Positions 45,824 through 56,008 of a stretch of DNA of 64,000 bases are shown here, piece by piece. Location: sequence record PZ179882.1; one strand, written 5' to 3'. The stretch's first letter is position 1. Every line of letters starts with the position of its first letter. The translations under genes were made by a program, and so were the position numbers. This DNA comes from a phage. The notes beneath the pieces are model-generated. The model made no database searches and was not told where the DNA came from. It saw nothing but the letters and a program-made list of their open reading frames with translations.

Positions 45824-45874
45824 AAATTTTCCGCTTAGTTAATAGATAGTGACTCGTCCGTGAGTCAAATTATA

Positions 45875-48139
45875 TCATAATTTACAGGATGAACAATCTT
45901 CAGCTTTTGGAGTTTCTATTTCATAATCATCAGTACCAGAACCATCGCGGGTATTATGATAATAGAAATTTTTTCCGCCAAAATACCAAAAATACAAAAG
46001 GTCATCAATCATTACAGACATTGGAACCTTTCCTTTTGGAAAAATCTGCGGGTCATAATATGTATTCGCTGAAGCTGATTGACATACCCATTTAAGCATA
46101 ATAGCTACCTGCGTAAGATAAGGTTTATTACCTTTCTTAGCTAATTTCCACGTATAATCATAGAGGTCTATGTTATGTTCAATATTGGGCACGACTTGAT
46201 TAAAGGAACCCTCTTTTGATTCTTTAACAGAGACTGGTCCACGTGGAGGCTCGATACCGTTTGTACTGTTAGAAACTTGGGAAGATGACTCACATGGCAT
46301 AAGTGCTGATAATGTGCTATTACGGATGCCAAAGAGCTTAAGGTCTTCCCGCAGCGCCGACCAGTCACAAACGTATTTTGGAGCTGCGATTTGGTCAATC
46401 TTTTTATTGTACCAGTCGATAGGTAATTCGCCTCGAGACCAACGAGTGTCTGAATAATATTCGCAAGGTCCTTTTTCTTTGGCGAGCTTAATGGATGCTT
46501 TAATGAGTCCATACTGTAATCTCTCAAATAGTTCATGTGTTAAATCGTTAGCATCTTCATAAGAAGCAAAGTTACTTGCTAGCCAAGCTGCATAGTTGGT
46601 AACACCTACGCCAAGATTACGACGCTTTTTAGCTTTTTCTGCTTCAGGAACTGGATATCCTTGGTAATCCAAAAGATTATCAAGAGCGCGAACTTGAACT
46701 TCTGCTAATTCATTAATTTTATCTTGGTCTTGCCAATCGAAGTTATCCAACACAAATGCAGATAACGTACACAATCCAATTTCAGCATCAGGACTATTCA
46801 CATCATTTGTTGGAATAGCAATTTCACAACACAAGTTACTCTGACGAATAGGTGCCTTTTCACGAATAAACGGAGTATAGTTATTCGTATTATCAATGAA
46901 CTGTACATAAATCCTTGCTGTTCCTGAGCGTTCAGTCATGAGCAATTCAAATAGTTCACGAGCTTTAATACGCTTTTTACGAATATTAGGGTCTTTTTCT
47001 GCGGCTTCGTATAATTCACGGAAACGGTCTTGGTCTTTAAAATAAGAATAATAAAGTTCGCCACCCATTTCATGCGGACTGAACAAAGTAATGTAGTCGT
47101 TCTTTCCAAAACGTTCCATCATTAGGTCATTCAGCTGGACGCCATAATCCATATGACGGATACGGTTTTCTTCTACACCTTTGTTATTTTTCAAAACGAG
47201 AAGATTTTCAACTTCCAAATGCCAAATAGGATAATAAGCAGTAGCAGCGCCGCCACGAATTCCGCCCTGTGAACATGATTTAACAGCAGTCTGAAAATGT
47301 TTCCAAAAAGGAATAACGCCAGTATGACGCACTTCACCTGTGCCAATCTTAGAACCTTCGGCACGAATCATACCAACGTTAATGCCGATTCCAGCTCGTT
47401 TAGAAATATACTCAACAATTGAAGCAGAAGCCTTATTGATAGACTTCAGCGAATCACCTGCCTCAATAACAACGCATGAACTAAATTGCCGAGTCGGAGT
47501 ACGACATCCAGCCATAATAGGAGTTGGCAATGAAATCTGTCGAGTAGATACTGCTTCATAAAAACGAATAACGTGTTTTAATCTATCAACAGTTTCATCT
47601 TGATGCAATGCCATTCCAATAGTCATAAATGCAAACTGTGGAGTTTCATAAATTTGACCAGTGGTTTTATCTTTAACGAGATATTTTTCTTTTAATTGCA
47701 TCGCCCCGGAATAAGTAAATTCCATATCCCGCTCGTGCTTAATTTTTGATTCTAAAAATGTAATTTCTTCTGCTGAATATTTTGACAACAATTCAGGGTC
47801 ATATTTACCTTCATTTACGCAGTAAGAAATATGGTCAATAAATGAACGTGGTTCATACTGCCCGTAAACATGCTTACGAAGAGCGAACATTAAACAGCGC
47901 GCAGCTACGTATTGATAATCAGGCTCTTCAACTGAAATAGAATTCGCAGCAGCCTTAATGACAATAGTCTGAATGTCATCAGTTGTCATTCCATCACGGA
48001 GATATGATTTAATATTTTCATATAATTCATAAGGATCTACAGATGTTCCTTCAGCTGCCCAAGATAAAACTTTAATAATTTTTTGCGGGTCAAAGCTCTG
48101 AGAAACACCACTACTTTTGATAACATTAATTAATTGCAT
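45875..48139 (-). CDS. nrdA: Ribonucleotide reductase alpha subunit
   Basis: 754-aa ORF; ATP-cone N-terminus; class Ia R1. Confidence 0.95.
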   Translation of the reverse strand: MQLINVIKSSGVSQSFDPQKIIKVLSWAAEGTSVDPYELYENIKSYLRDGMTTDDIQTIVIKAAANSISVEEPDYQYVAARCLMFALRKHVYGQYEPRSFIDHISYCVNEGKYDPELLSKYSAEEITFLESKIKHERDMEFTYSGAMQLKEKYLVKDKTTGQIYETPQFAFMTIGMALHQDETVDRLKHVIRFYEAVSTRQISLPTPIMAGCRTPTRQFSSCVVIEAGDSLKSINKASASIVEYISKRAGIGINVGMIRAEGSKIGTGEVRHTGVIPFWKHFQTAVKSCSQGGIRGGAATAYYPIWHLEVENLLVLKNNKGVEENRIRHMDYGVQLNDLMMERFGKNDYITLFSPHEMGGELYYSYFKDQDRFRELYEAAEKDPNIRKKRIKARELFELLMTERSGTARIYVQFIDNTNNYTPFIREKAPIRQSNLCCEIAIPTNDVNSPDAEIGLCTLSAFVLDNFDWQDQDKINELAEVQVRALDNLLDYQGYPVPEAEKAKKRRNLGVGVTNYAAWLASNFASYEDANDLTHELFERLQYGLIKASIKLAKEKGPCEYYSDTRWSRGELPIDWYNKKIDQIAAPKYVCDWSALREDLKLFGIRNSTLSALMPCESSSQVSNSTNGIEPPRGPVSVKESKEGSFNQVVPNIEHNIDLYDYTWKLAKKGNKPYLTQVAIMLKWVCQSASANTYYDPQIFPKGKVPMSVMIDDLLYFWYFGGKNFYYHNTRDGSGTDDYEIETPKAEDCSSCKL

Positions 48140-48456
48140 AAGTCCTCAACTTGAAAATCGTCTTTAAACAATCGGTTAACTATATGAGCTATTATATCAC
48201 CATGACACGGCTTTGGTTTACATGTGCATCCTAGCCTCATTCCACGTAAAGGCTCTAAATGTGCTTTAGTTATTTCTCCGGATTTAATTCGACGTATAAA
48301 ATCTTTTTTGAATAATTCAATGGCAGCCTCCCGGCTGCCAGCATCTTTACCGACGTAATTTCCCCAAAATGTACCACGGTGAATATTAACATCAAAGTCG
48401 GATTTATATTTATTCACTACCTGGCATAGACGGCCCGCGCGGTGATAATTCGTCAT
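48130..48456 (-). CDS. Hypothetical Cys/His-containing protein (nrdA.1 position)
   Basis: 108-aa ORF; [11 protein letters not shown]. Confidence 0.5.
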   Translation of the reverse strand: MTNYHRAGRLCQVVNKYKSDFDVNIHRGTFWGNYVGKDAGSREAAIELFKKDFIRRIKSGEITKAHLEPLRGMRLGCTCKPKPCHGDIIAHIVNRLFKDDFQVEDLCN

Positions 48457-48673
48457 ATTGTTTTTCCGTTAAAACAGTAATATCATAGTAACAATCTGAA
48501 GAAGTTTTAACTGTAGAAATTTTATTATCAAAATACTCACGAGTCATTTTATGAGTATAATATTTTTTGCCATAAATGATAATAGGCTGATTTGGTCCTG
48601 GAACTTCTAACTCACTTGGATTAGGAAGTGTAAAAAGAACTGCACCAGAAGTATCTTTAAATCGTAAAATCAT
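48410..48673 (-). CDS. Hypothetical protein (nrdA.2 position)
   Basis: 87-aa ORF. Confidence 0.5.
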   Translation of the reverse strand: MILRFKDTSGAVLFTLPNPSELEVPGPNQPIIIYGKKYYTHKMTREYFDNKISTVKTSSDCYYDITVLTEKQYDELSPRGPSMPGSE

Positions 48674-48696
48674 ATATCCTCACAATTAATAATTAA

Positions 48697-49008
48697 TTAC
48701 ACCGCCATTTTTCCTTTAATAGGAGGGTGTGATTCGTAACCTTTAAGAACGAAATCTTTAGGCCTGAGTTTAAGAACATATTCCAATTGTTCTTTAGTAG
48801 AAAGATAGCGGAATTTATAAGGCAATCCGCCTATTACCAGTTCACAAAGCTCTTTAGGTTCACGACGCAAAATTTCTTTACATTGTTCTACGTGATTCAT
48901 ATAGATATGAGTATTACCGCCAGAAAATATCAAATCTCCAGGAATAAGATTACACATCTTAGCTACGATATGAACTAACGCAGCATATGATGCAATATTA
49001 AATGGAAG
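48697..49008 (-). CDS. td: Thymidylate synthase, exon 2
   Basis: Exon 2 begins LPFNIASY directly after the intron-terminal G; C-terminal ...HPPIKGKMAV matches T4 TS as recalled. Confidence 0.85.
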   Translation of the reverse strand, partial: LPFNIASYAALVHIVAKMCNLIPGDLIFSGGNTHIYMNHVEQCKEILRREPKELCELVIGGLPYKFRYLSTKEQLEYVLKLRPKDFVLKGYESHPPIKGKMAV

Positions 49009-50024
49009 CATTATGTTCAGATAAGGTCGTTAATCTTATCCCGGAATTATATCCAGCTGCATGTCACCATGCAGAGCAGACTATATCTCCAACTTGTTAA
49101 AGCAAGTTGTCTATCGTTTCGAGTCACTTGACCCTACTCCCTAAAGGGATAGTCGTTAGGCATTTATGTAGAACCAATTCCACTTATCAGATTTTACACG
49201 GTAAGTAACTAATCCGGATGAAATTTCAAAATGTCTAGCTGCATCAGCTGCACATTCAAAAATAACCCCATCACATGAAATCTTTTTAATATTACTAGGC
49301 TTTTTACCTTTCATCTTTTCTGATATTTTAGATTTAGTTTTGTCTGAATGCTTATGATTAAAGAATGAATTATTTTCACCTGAACGATTTCTGCATTTAC
49401 TACAAGTATAAGCAGAAGTTTGTATACGAACACCACATTCACAAAACTTATGGGTTTCTGGATTCCAACGCCCATTTTTGCTTCCGGGTTTACCGTAAAG
49501 AGCTTTCCGACCATCAAGGCCAAGCTTAAGCATCTTAGCTTTAACAGTTTCAGAGCGTTTCTTAATAATTTCTTCTTTTAATGGATGTACAGAATATGTA
49601 TCACCAAACGTTGCATCAGCAATATTGTATCCATTAATTTTAGAATTAAGCTCTTTAATCCAAAAATTTTCTCGTTCAATAATCAAATCTTTCTCATATG
49701 GAATTTCTTCCAAAATAGAGCATTCAAACACATTACCATGTTTGTTAAAAGACCTTTGAAGTTTTATAGAAGAATGGCATCCTTTTTCTAAATCTTTAAA
49801 ATGCCTCTTCCATCTCTTTTCAAAATCTTTAGCACTTCCTACATATACTTTATCGTTTAAAGTATTTTTAATCTGATAAATTCCACTTTTCATAAATACC
49901 TCTTTAAATATAAAGGTATTTATTAAAGGGTAGTCCTACAATTTAGCACGGGATTGTCTACTAGAGAGGTTCCCCGTTTAGATAGATTACAAGTATAAGT
50001 CACCTTATACTCAGGCCTCAATTA
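49009..50024 (-). mobile_element. Group I self-splicing intron in td (1016 nt) carrying I-TevI
   Basis: Exon 1 ends ...TTGGGT; intron begins TAATTGAGGCCTGAG... and ends ...ATG; inferred length equals the 1016-nt T4 td intron. Confidence 0.8.
49156..49893 (-). CDS. I-TevI: GIY-YIG intron homing endonuclease I-TevI
   Basis: 245-aa ORF within the td intron; GIY-YIG N-terminus MKSGIYQIKNTLNDKVYVGSA; zinc finger and C-terminal DNA-binding region. Confidence 0.92.
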   Translation of the reverse strand: MKSGIYQIKNTLNDKVYVGSAKDFEKRWKRHFKDLEKGCHSSIKLQRSFNKHGNVFECSILEEIPYEKDLIIERENFWIKELNSKINGYNIADATFGDTYSVHPLKEEIIKKRSETVKAKMLKLGLDGRKALYGKPGSKNGRWNPETHKFCECGVRIQTSAYTCSKCRNRSGENNSFFNHKHSDKTKSKISEKMKGKKPSNIKKISCDGVIFECAADAARHFEISSGLVTYRVKSDKWNWFYINA

Positions 50025-50572
50025 ACCCAAGAAAACATCTACAGAACGTTGATACCACTGCAAATCCAAATAGCCATTACGCACATTAAACTGATAGAAC
50101 ATGTGACAAGGCGGTAATGCCATTTGCTTGAGTTCAGCTGGATTCCACGCCGACACAATTTGACGCCTATCGTTTGGAAATGTTTTAATACGATTAACAA
50201 CTTCTACAATTTGGTCTACACCGCCAAAATCACGCCATTGTTTTCCGTAAATTGGACCAAGTTCACCACTATGATAACCTAGGTCTTTGGCCTGATTTTC
50301 GTAGTTTTCATCCCAAATCGTTTTTCCAGCAATTAAAGATCCATGAGTACGTTTACGTAGATCATTTACGTTAGTACTTCCTGATAAGAACCACAATAAC
50401 TCAGAAATACACGCATTCCAGGCGAGCTTCTTAGTTGTTACTGCAGGAAAACCTTTAGTTAAATCCCAGCGTAATTTAGTACCGAACAAAGCAATTGTTC
50501 CTGTGCCTGTTCGGTCATCGGTTTCGTAGCCATTTTCTAGAATATCTTTAATTAAAAATTGGTATTGTTGCA

Positions 50573-50573
<1 letters not shown>
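50025..50573 (-). CDS. td: Thymidylate synthase, exon 1
   Basis: ORF track 50022..50585; start at MQQYQFLIKDI; ends ...YQRSVDVFLG at the 5' splice site; the two exons give 286 aa. Confidence 0.85.
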
Positions 50574-51366
<793 letters not shown>

Positions 51367-51666
51367 TCAAACAGACTTTTTCACAATTTTCCAATCAGCT
51401 TTAAACTGTTCAACGTCAGAATGGTAAATCCAGAATCCTGCGCTTTCTCCATCCTCATAAAGAGGGCATCCATCACATTCATCTTCCCATCCCATATCAC
51501 GTAAAAGATGTTCGGCTTTTTCAACGAGATCAGAATCTTTACCGATGATATTAAAATACCATTTACCTCTAACTTCTGAATCTTTAATGCTCTGGCGTTG
51601 TAATCTCATTTTATTCTCCTTAGTTGATAAGGCTATAGTATCACTACCATAGCCCGTTGTAAACAA
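51367..51666 (-). CDS. Hypothetical protein (frd.1 position)
   Basis: 99-aa ORF; GTTTAC early promoter upstream. Confidence 0.5.
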   Translation of the reverse strand: MFTTGYGSDTIALSTKENKMRLQRQSIKDSEVRGKWYFNIIGKDSDLVEKAEHLLRDMGWEDECDGCPLYEDGESAGFWIYHSDVEQFKADWKIVKKSV

Positions 51667-51969
51667 TTATTTTTGAATTTTATCGAGCCACTTACCAAGC
51701 TTAATCATTTCTTTAGTAGCCTTTTCCATACTTCTGAACTTAACCAATAGAGGATAGGTATCGACACCCATAACTAAACTGGTTACAAGACTGTGTTCAC
51801 CCACAAGCCATAACGAATACGTTTGAATATCGAGTCCGTAATTTCTGTCTTTATGGACCCGTACACCCATCACTTCAAATTTCTCACTAGCTTTTTCTAC
51901 CGCATCCAGGAAATCATCTTTAGTCATATTAGGCCTTAAAAGTTTTTCGCAAAAGTTCAATGATTTCAT
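51667..51969 (-). CDS. Hypothetical protein (frd.2 position)
   Basis: 100-aa ORF. Confidence 0.5.
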   Translation of the reverse strand: MKSLNFCEKLLRPNMTKDDFLDAVEKASEKFEVMGVRVHKDRNYGLDIQTYSLWLVGEHSLVTSLVMGVDTYPLLVKFRSMEKATKEMIKLGKWLDKIQK

Positions 51970-52315
51970 CTACATTGTTTTCGTCTACAATGCAGTGAAT
52001 TTTTGTTACGCCAGAAACCTTGTCTTCGACTTCATCTTCTTCAGAAGTCGGTTCTTTATACTCGCGGAAACAATAAAACTCTTCTTCACTAAGTTCAAAA
52101 TAATCATCACCTATGCCATCATCATTATAGATTTCGCCATTAGCACAAATGATTTCGGTTACATAATCAAAGCCATCTAAACTTGATATTGATTTAACTT
52201 CAAACCAACCGCCATTTTCTTGAATGATGCTGACCATATTAGCATTTGATGAACTAATATCAATGAAAGATTTAATACGGTGTGGATTTAACTCATATTT
52301 TTTGCCGATTTCCAT
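51929..52315 (-). CDS. Hypothetical acidic protein (frd.3 position)
   Basis: 128-aa ORF. Confidence 0.5.
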   Translation of the reverse strand: MEIGKKYELNPHRIKSFIDISSSNANMVSIIQENGGWFEVKSISSLDGFDYVTEIICANGEIYNDDGIGDDYFELSEEEFYCFREYKEPTSEEDEVEDKVSGVTKIHCIVDENNVDEIIELLRKTFKA

Positions 52316-52361
52316 TTTTGATTTTCCTCATTTTGATAGGGGCTTGACAGCCCCTTGATAA

Positions 52362-52610
52362 TTATTGTTCGATCAGTCCCATGTAAAATTCTGCGTCTTC
52401 AGCATCCATACCATCACAATATTCATTAGCCATAAAGCGGGTGAGGTCTTCAAGAGGACCTTCAATAACGATTTGAATGCTCCAAAACTTAGAATCTTGT
52501 ACGCTTGTGATACTAAGTTCAGGATAACGATTACGAATAATTTCTTCAATATATTCAAAATCAACGATGTCAATATCAACTTTAGCCATATTATTTTCCT
52601 CTTTAATCAT
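52362..52610 (-). CDS. Hypothetical acidic protein
   Basis: 82-aa ORF with AAGAGGA RBS and GTTTAC-N18-TACTAT early promoter upstream. Confidence 0.5.
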   Translation of the reverse strand: MIKEENNMAKVDIDIVDFEYIEEIIRNRYPELSITSVQDSKFWSIQIVIEGPLEDLTRFMANEYCDGMDAEDAEFYMGLIEQ

Positions 52611-52734
52611 CAGCAGTATTGCCGATAGTTGTATAGTACCATAGAAGAACAGAGATGTAAACAGTTTTGTGAAAAATTTTTGAAATAAAAAAAGGGGACC
52701 TCTAGGGTCCCCAATTAATTAGTAATATAATCTA

Positions 52735-53643
52735 TTAAAGGTCATTCAAAAGGTCATCCAGGTCCGTGTCATCAGCACTAGATGAACTGCCAGAGCTTGA
52801 GCTCATAAAATCATCTTCAGTTTTTGTTTTGAAGTCATCAACATTGAATGCATCCAAATCATCAGCAACTTTATCGGCTTTCTTAGCGGCAGTTGCTGCG
52901 GCACCACCCATAGCAGCAGTTCCCATAACTTGACTGAACTTAGTGCTCAGTTCTTCAAACGATTTGAATTTATCTTTAGAAGTCATTTCAGAAAGGTCAA
53001 CCATTTGTTCGAACAGTTCTTTCTGGAAAGATTCATCATCAATGTTTGGAATCGCAGATTGATTCAGGAATTTAGATTCGTCGTAGTTACTAAAACCAGA
53101 AACTTGTTTAACTTTCAGTACAAAGTTAGCACCTTCCCACGGACAAGTTACATCAACCGGAGTTTCACCCATTTCAACATCAACTGCAATCATTGCATTG
53201 ATTTTATCCCAGATTTTCTTACCGAAACGGTATTTAAATACTTTACCTTCATTTTCTGGAGCAGCTGGGTCTTTTACTACAAGAATGTTAGCCCAGTAAG
53301 AAGTTTTACGTTTAACAAGACCATACTCTTTATTGTCAGTGTTGTACAAATCATTTTTACTGATGTACTGACATACTGGACAAGAATCGTAATCACCGTA
53401 GGTAGATGAGCATGTTTCAATATACCATTTACCATTTTTCTTGAAACCGTGATTTACAAGAAGTGCGAATGGTGCTTGTTCATCATTTTTAGACGGAAGA
53501 AAACGAATTACTGCTTGACCGTTACCCGCATTATCGAGTTTCAGTTTCCACTCGCCTTTATCTTCAGAAGAAAAACCACCTTTATTTCCAGCCAGTTTAG
53601 CCATTTGTGCAGCGAGTTCAGCAGTAGATTTACGTTTAAACAT
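52735..53643 (-). CDS. 32: Single-stranded DNA-binding protein
   Basis: 302-aa ORF; zinc-binding region and acidic Ser/Asp-rich C-terminus; matches T4 gp32 as recalled. Confidence 0.95.
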   Translation of the reverse strand: MFKRKSTAELAAQMAKLAGNKGGFSSEDKGEWKLKLDNAGNGQAVIRFLPSKNDEQAPFALLVNHGFKKNGKWYIETCSSTYGDYDSCPVCQYISKNDLYNTDNKEYGLVKRKTSYWANILVVKDPAAPENEGKVFKYRFGKKIWDKINAMIAVDVEMGETPVDVTCPWEGANFVLKVKQVSGFSNYDESKFLNQSAIPNIDDESFQKELFEQMVDLSEMTSKDKFKSFEELSTKFSQVMGTAAMGGAAATAAKKADKVADDLDAFNVDDFKTKTEDDFMSSSSGSSSSADDTDLDDLLNDL

Positions 53644-53742
53644 TTTTATTTCCTTTTTAATTTAATTAACAGTTGGTGCTATGACGATGTATGACCTCAT
53701 AGCTGGTCAGTGAGATAATTATAATCTATTTATAATAAGCAA

Positions 53743-54396
53743 TTAATACTTGCATGATTTCACAGTTTCAATGAAAACACTTTTAGCTTTCTGTGAATCA
53801 ATATTTAAAATTTTTCTATAAGCTTTTAACTTTATAGAATAATTATTCCAGACTAAATTATCAGTCTGTTCATCATGTTTATCAATTATATTTAAAAACG
53901 AATCAAGCAAGATAAACGTCTCAAACGAAATTATATTCGATTGAAGTAGTTTAAAAATATAACTTGATTGAACTTTTGGATTATACTCAAAGATTTCTTT
54001 AAAAGCAGAAACTTCAACTTTTTTACTAAAATAATAAATGTTGCGAATATCTTCTTCAAACTTAAATTTAATTTGCTTTAAGCGTCCGATATATTCACGA
54101 TAAAACACAAGTGCATCAGCATCAGAGATGTCACCAATCCAAGCATCCTGGTTAGCAACAAGATTGCTTATAAAGATTAAAGCAAGTTCCTTTAATTTAT
54201 ATTTTTCTGATAACTTCTGGAAAAAATACTTATCCCTTCGCTTTTGATAAGCGGCATCAGACACCCGCATGCACCAATTATACTTAATTACATCATACTT
54301 TCCATTCATATGTTGTTTTATCATTAAGTATAATTTATAAACTGATTTACCATCAATGTATCTTTCACCACCAGCAGGCATGCGGAGTTTAATCAT
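53743..54396 (-). CDS. 59: Helicase loader
   Basis: 217-aa ORF; T4 gp59 position and length. Confidence 0.85.
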   Translation of the reverse strand: MIKLRMPAGGERYIDGKSVYKLYLMIKQHMNGKYDVIKYNWCMRVSDAAYQKRRDKYFFQKLSEKYKLKELALIFISNLVANQDAWIGDISDADALVFYREYIGRLKQIKFKFEEDIRNIYYFSKKVEVSAFKEIFEYNPKVQSSYIFKLLQSNIISFETFILLDSFLNIIDKHDEQTDNLVWNNYSIKLKAYRKILNIDSQKAKSVFIETVKSCKY

Positions 54397-54731
54397 AGTA
54401 GAAAATCTAATGTATTAGTTTTTTCGCAACGAACAACAGAAGGACGTAAAAGATTTTCGTCAATAGCTTCTGACTGAATTTTTTCAATTATACCAGAAGG
54501 AATAAATTTAGCAAATTGAGTTTCAGGAATAGAATTTTCTTCTAAGAATGCTGTTGTAGCTTCAAGATAACTCATTCCAAACTCTTCTACCATTTTTTCA
54601 ATAATAAATCCATTTTCTTGGCGGTCAAGAAGTTTTGCTATTTCATCCTTTTCTTTCTTAATTGAAAGTTCTTTTTCTGAAAGACCGGTCTCATCGACCG
54701 GACGAATATCATTTAGAGAAAACTGTGTCAT
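54393..54731 (-). CDS. 33: Late transcription co-activator
   Basis: ORF track 54393..54740; start at MTQFSLNDIRP (112 aa) as in T4 gp33 as recalled. Confidence 0.8.
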   Translation of the reverse strand: MTQFSLNDIRPVDETGLSEKELSIKKEKDEIAKLLDRQENGFIIEKMVEEFGMSYLEATTAFLEENSIPETQFAKFIPSGIIEKIQSEAIDENLLRPSVVRCEKTNTLDFLL

Positions 54732-54978
54732 AAAGTTCAACTACCTCTTCAGTTTCAGCTTCAAACACATCACGGTTATCTTTATGATACAAAGCTAATA
54801 GACGATTAAACATCTTACCATCAACACCAAGTTCATCTTTGGCACGAATTCGAATGTCTTTAATCAATTCATTATAACCAGAAATTTTCAGTTTATGATC
54901 AGATGCTTCTTTGATAAATTTGGCCAAGTCTTCGCCATGAATAGCTTCGTCAAATTCAACCATTTCTTTTTTAGCCAT
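54709..54978 (-). CDS. dsbA: dsDNA-binding protein
   Basis: 89-aa ORF between rnh and 33; T4 dsbA position. Confidence 0.7.
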   Translation of the reverse strand: MAKKEMVEFDEAIHGEDLAKFIKEASDHKLKISGYNELIKDIRIRAKDELGVDGKMFNRLLALYHKDNRDVFEAETEEVVELYDTVFSK

Positions 54979-54986
54979 TATTCACC

Positions 54987-55904
54987 TCAAAATTCATTAA
55001 TGCTATTAGTTAATTTAGAAAGACCCGCTTTTACAAAATATGAATAAATTTTGCCACGCGGTGGTAATTTATATGAATTATAGTAATTCACAATGTTTGA
55101 AGCAATATTATCAGGAATATAATCAAAGTCAATTAGAACTAAATTTTCTTTATATCGATTATATTCAGATTCAGTGAGAAGCACCTTAGCTTGCTCACGG
55201 TCATTAGCAATAGCTTCAACAATAGATGTTTTCATTGAAGGAGTTCGTTCACCTTCAACTCTGGTAAACCAAAAGTCAGATCGTACTTTAACTGAAGCAA
55301 CGTTATCCTTTTTGTCGCCTTTAAGGATTTTAGTCATGCAATCAATTTCAGCAGAACCGCTTTTAATTTTAACCCATTTCTTATGCATCGGTGACCATTG
55401 CTTAACATTTGGATACTTGTGAAGTTGAGTAAAGTCACCATCCGATGAAATGATTAAAATTTTATGTCCTTCTAAAGAGAACTTTTTAACAAGCACAGCA
55501 ATGTGGTCATCTGCTTCATACTTATCAATATCCATAACAATGTATGGCATATAAGCTTTCAATTCATCTATAACTTTATGACTGGATTCAAAATAACCTT
55601 CCCAGTCCCAAGTAGATTCTTCTCGTGCTTTTCCACGGTTTTTCTTATAATAATAAGCAAAATCACGACGCCAGTATCCGGATTTTGCGTTATCGATACA
55701 CAATACAATTTTAGTGTATCCAAGAGTTTTTGCTTTTTTGACATTAAACTTAATTGAGTTCAATATCAAATGACGAACCATTGATAAGTTAATTTTTTCT
55801 TTATCTGGAAAGTTTACTAAAGCAGTTGAAAGCGCAATTTGACTAAAGTCAATTAAGCAAATTCCTTCTTTGTAATCTTCATCCAGCATCATTTCTAAAT
55901 CCAT
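54987..55904 (-). CDS. rnh: RNase H (5'-3' exonuclease, FEN-1 family)
   Basis: ORF track 54987..55919; start at MDLEMMLDEDYKEG (305 aa) as in T4 RNase H as recalled. Confidence 0.9.
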   Translation of the reverse strand: MDLEMMLDEDYKEGICLIDFSQIALSTALVNFPDKEKINLSMVRHLILNSIKFNVKKAKTLGYTKIVLCIDNAKSGYWRRDFAYYYKKNRGKAREESTWDWEGYFESSHKVIDELKAYMPYIVMDIDKYEADDHIAVLVKKFSLEGHKILIISSDGDFTQLHKYPNVKQWSPMHKKWVKIKSGSAEIDCMTKILKGDKKDNVASVKVRSDFWFTRVEGERTPSMKTSIVEAIANDREQAKVLLTESEYNRYKENLVLIDFDYIPDNIASNIVNYYNSYKLPPRGKIYSYFVKAGLSKLTNSINEF

Positions 55905-55966
55905 ATGAACCTCGTTCAATTAGTGAGATTTCTATTATATACTATCCAAATCTTAAAGTAAACAAG

Positions 55967-55974
55967 TATAAATA
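55967..55974 (+). promoter_or_regulatory. Late promoter TATAAATA upstream of gene 34
   Basis: Exact TATAAATA 35 nt upstream of ATG 56009. Confidence 0.6.
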
Positions 55975-56008
55975 CTTATTATTGAAAACACAATAGGAGC
56001 CCGGGAGA

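Noticed and set aside
49009-49155. ATG at 49009-49011 that the ORF track uses as the start of the thymidylate synthase C-terminal ORF
   Set aside because: These three nucleotides are the 3' end of the group I intron (terminal G); exon 2 starts at 49008
52930-53409. 159-aa plus-strand ORF
   Set aside because: Antisense and fully inside gene 32
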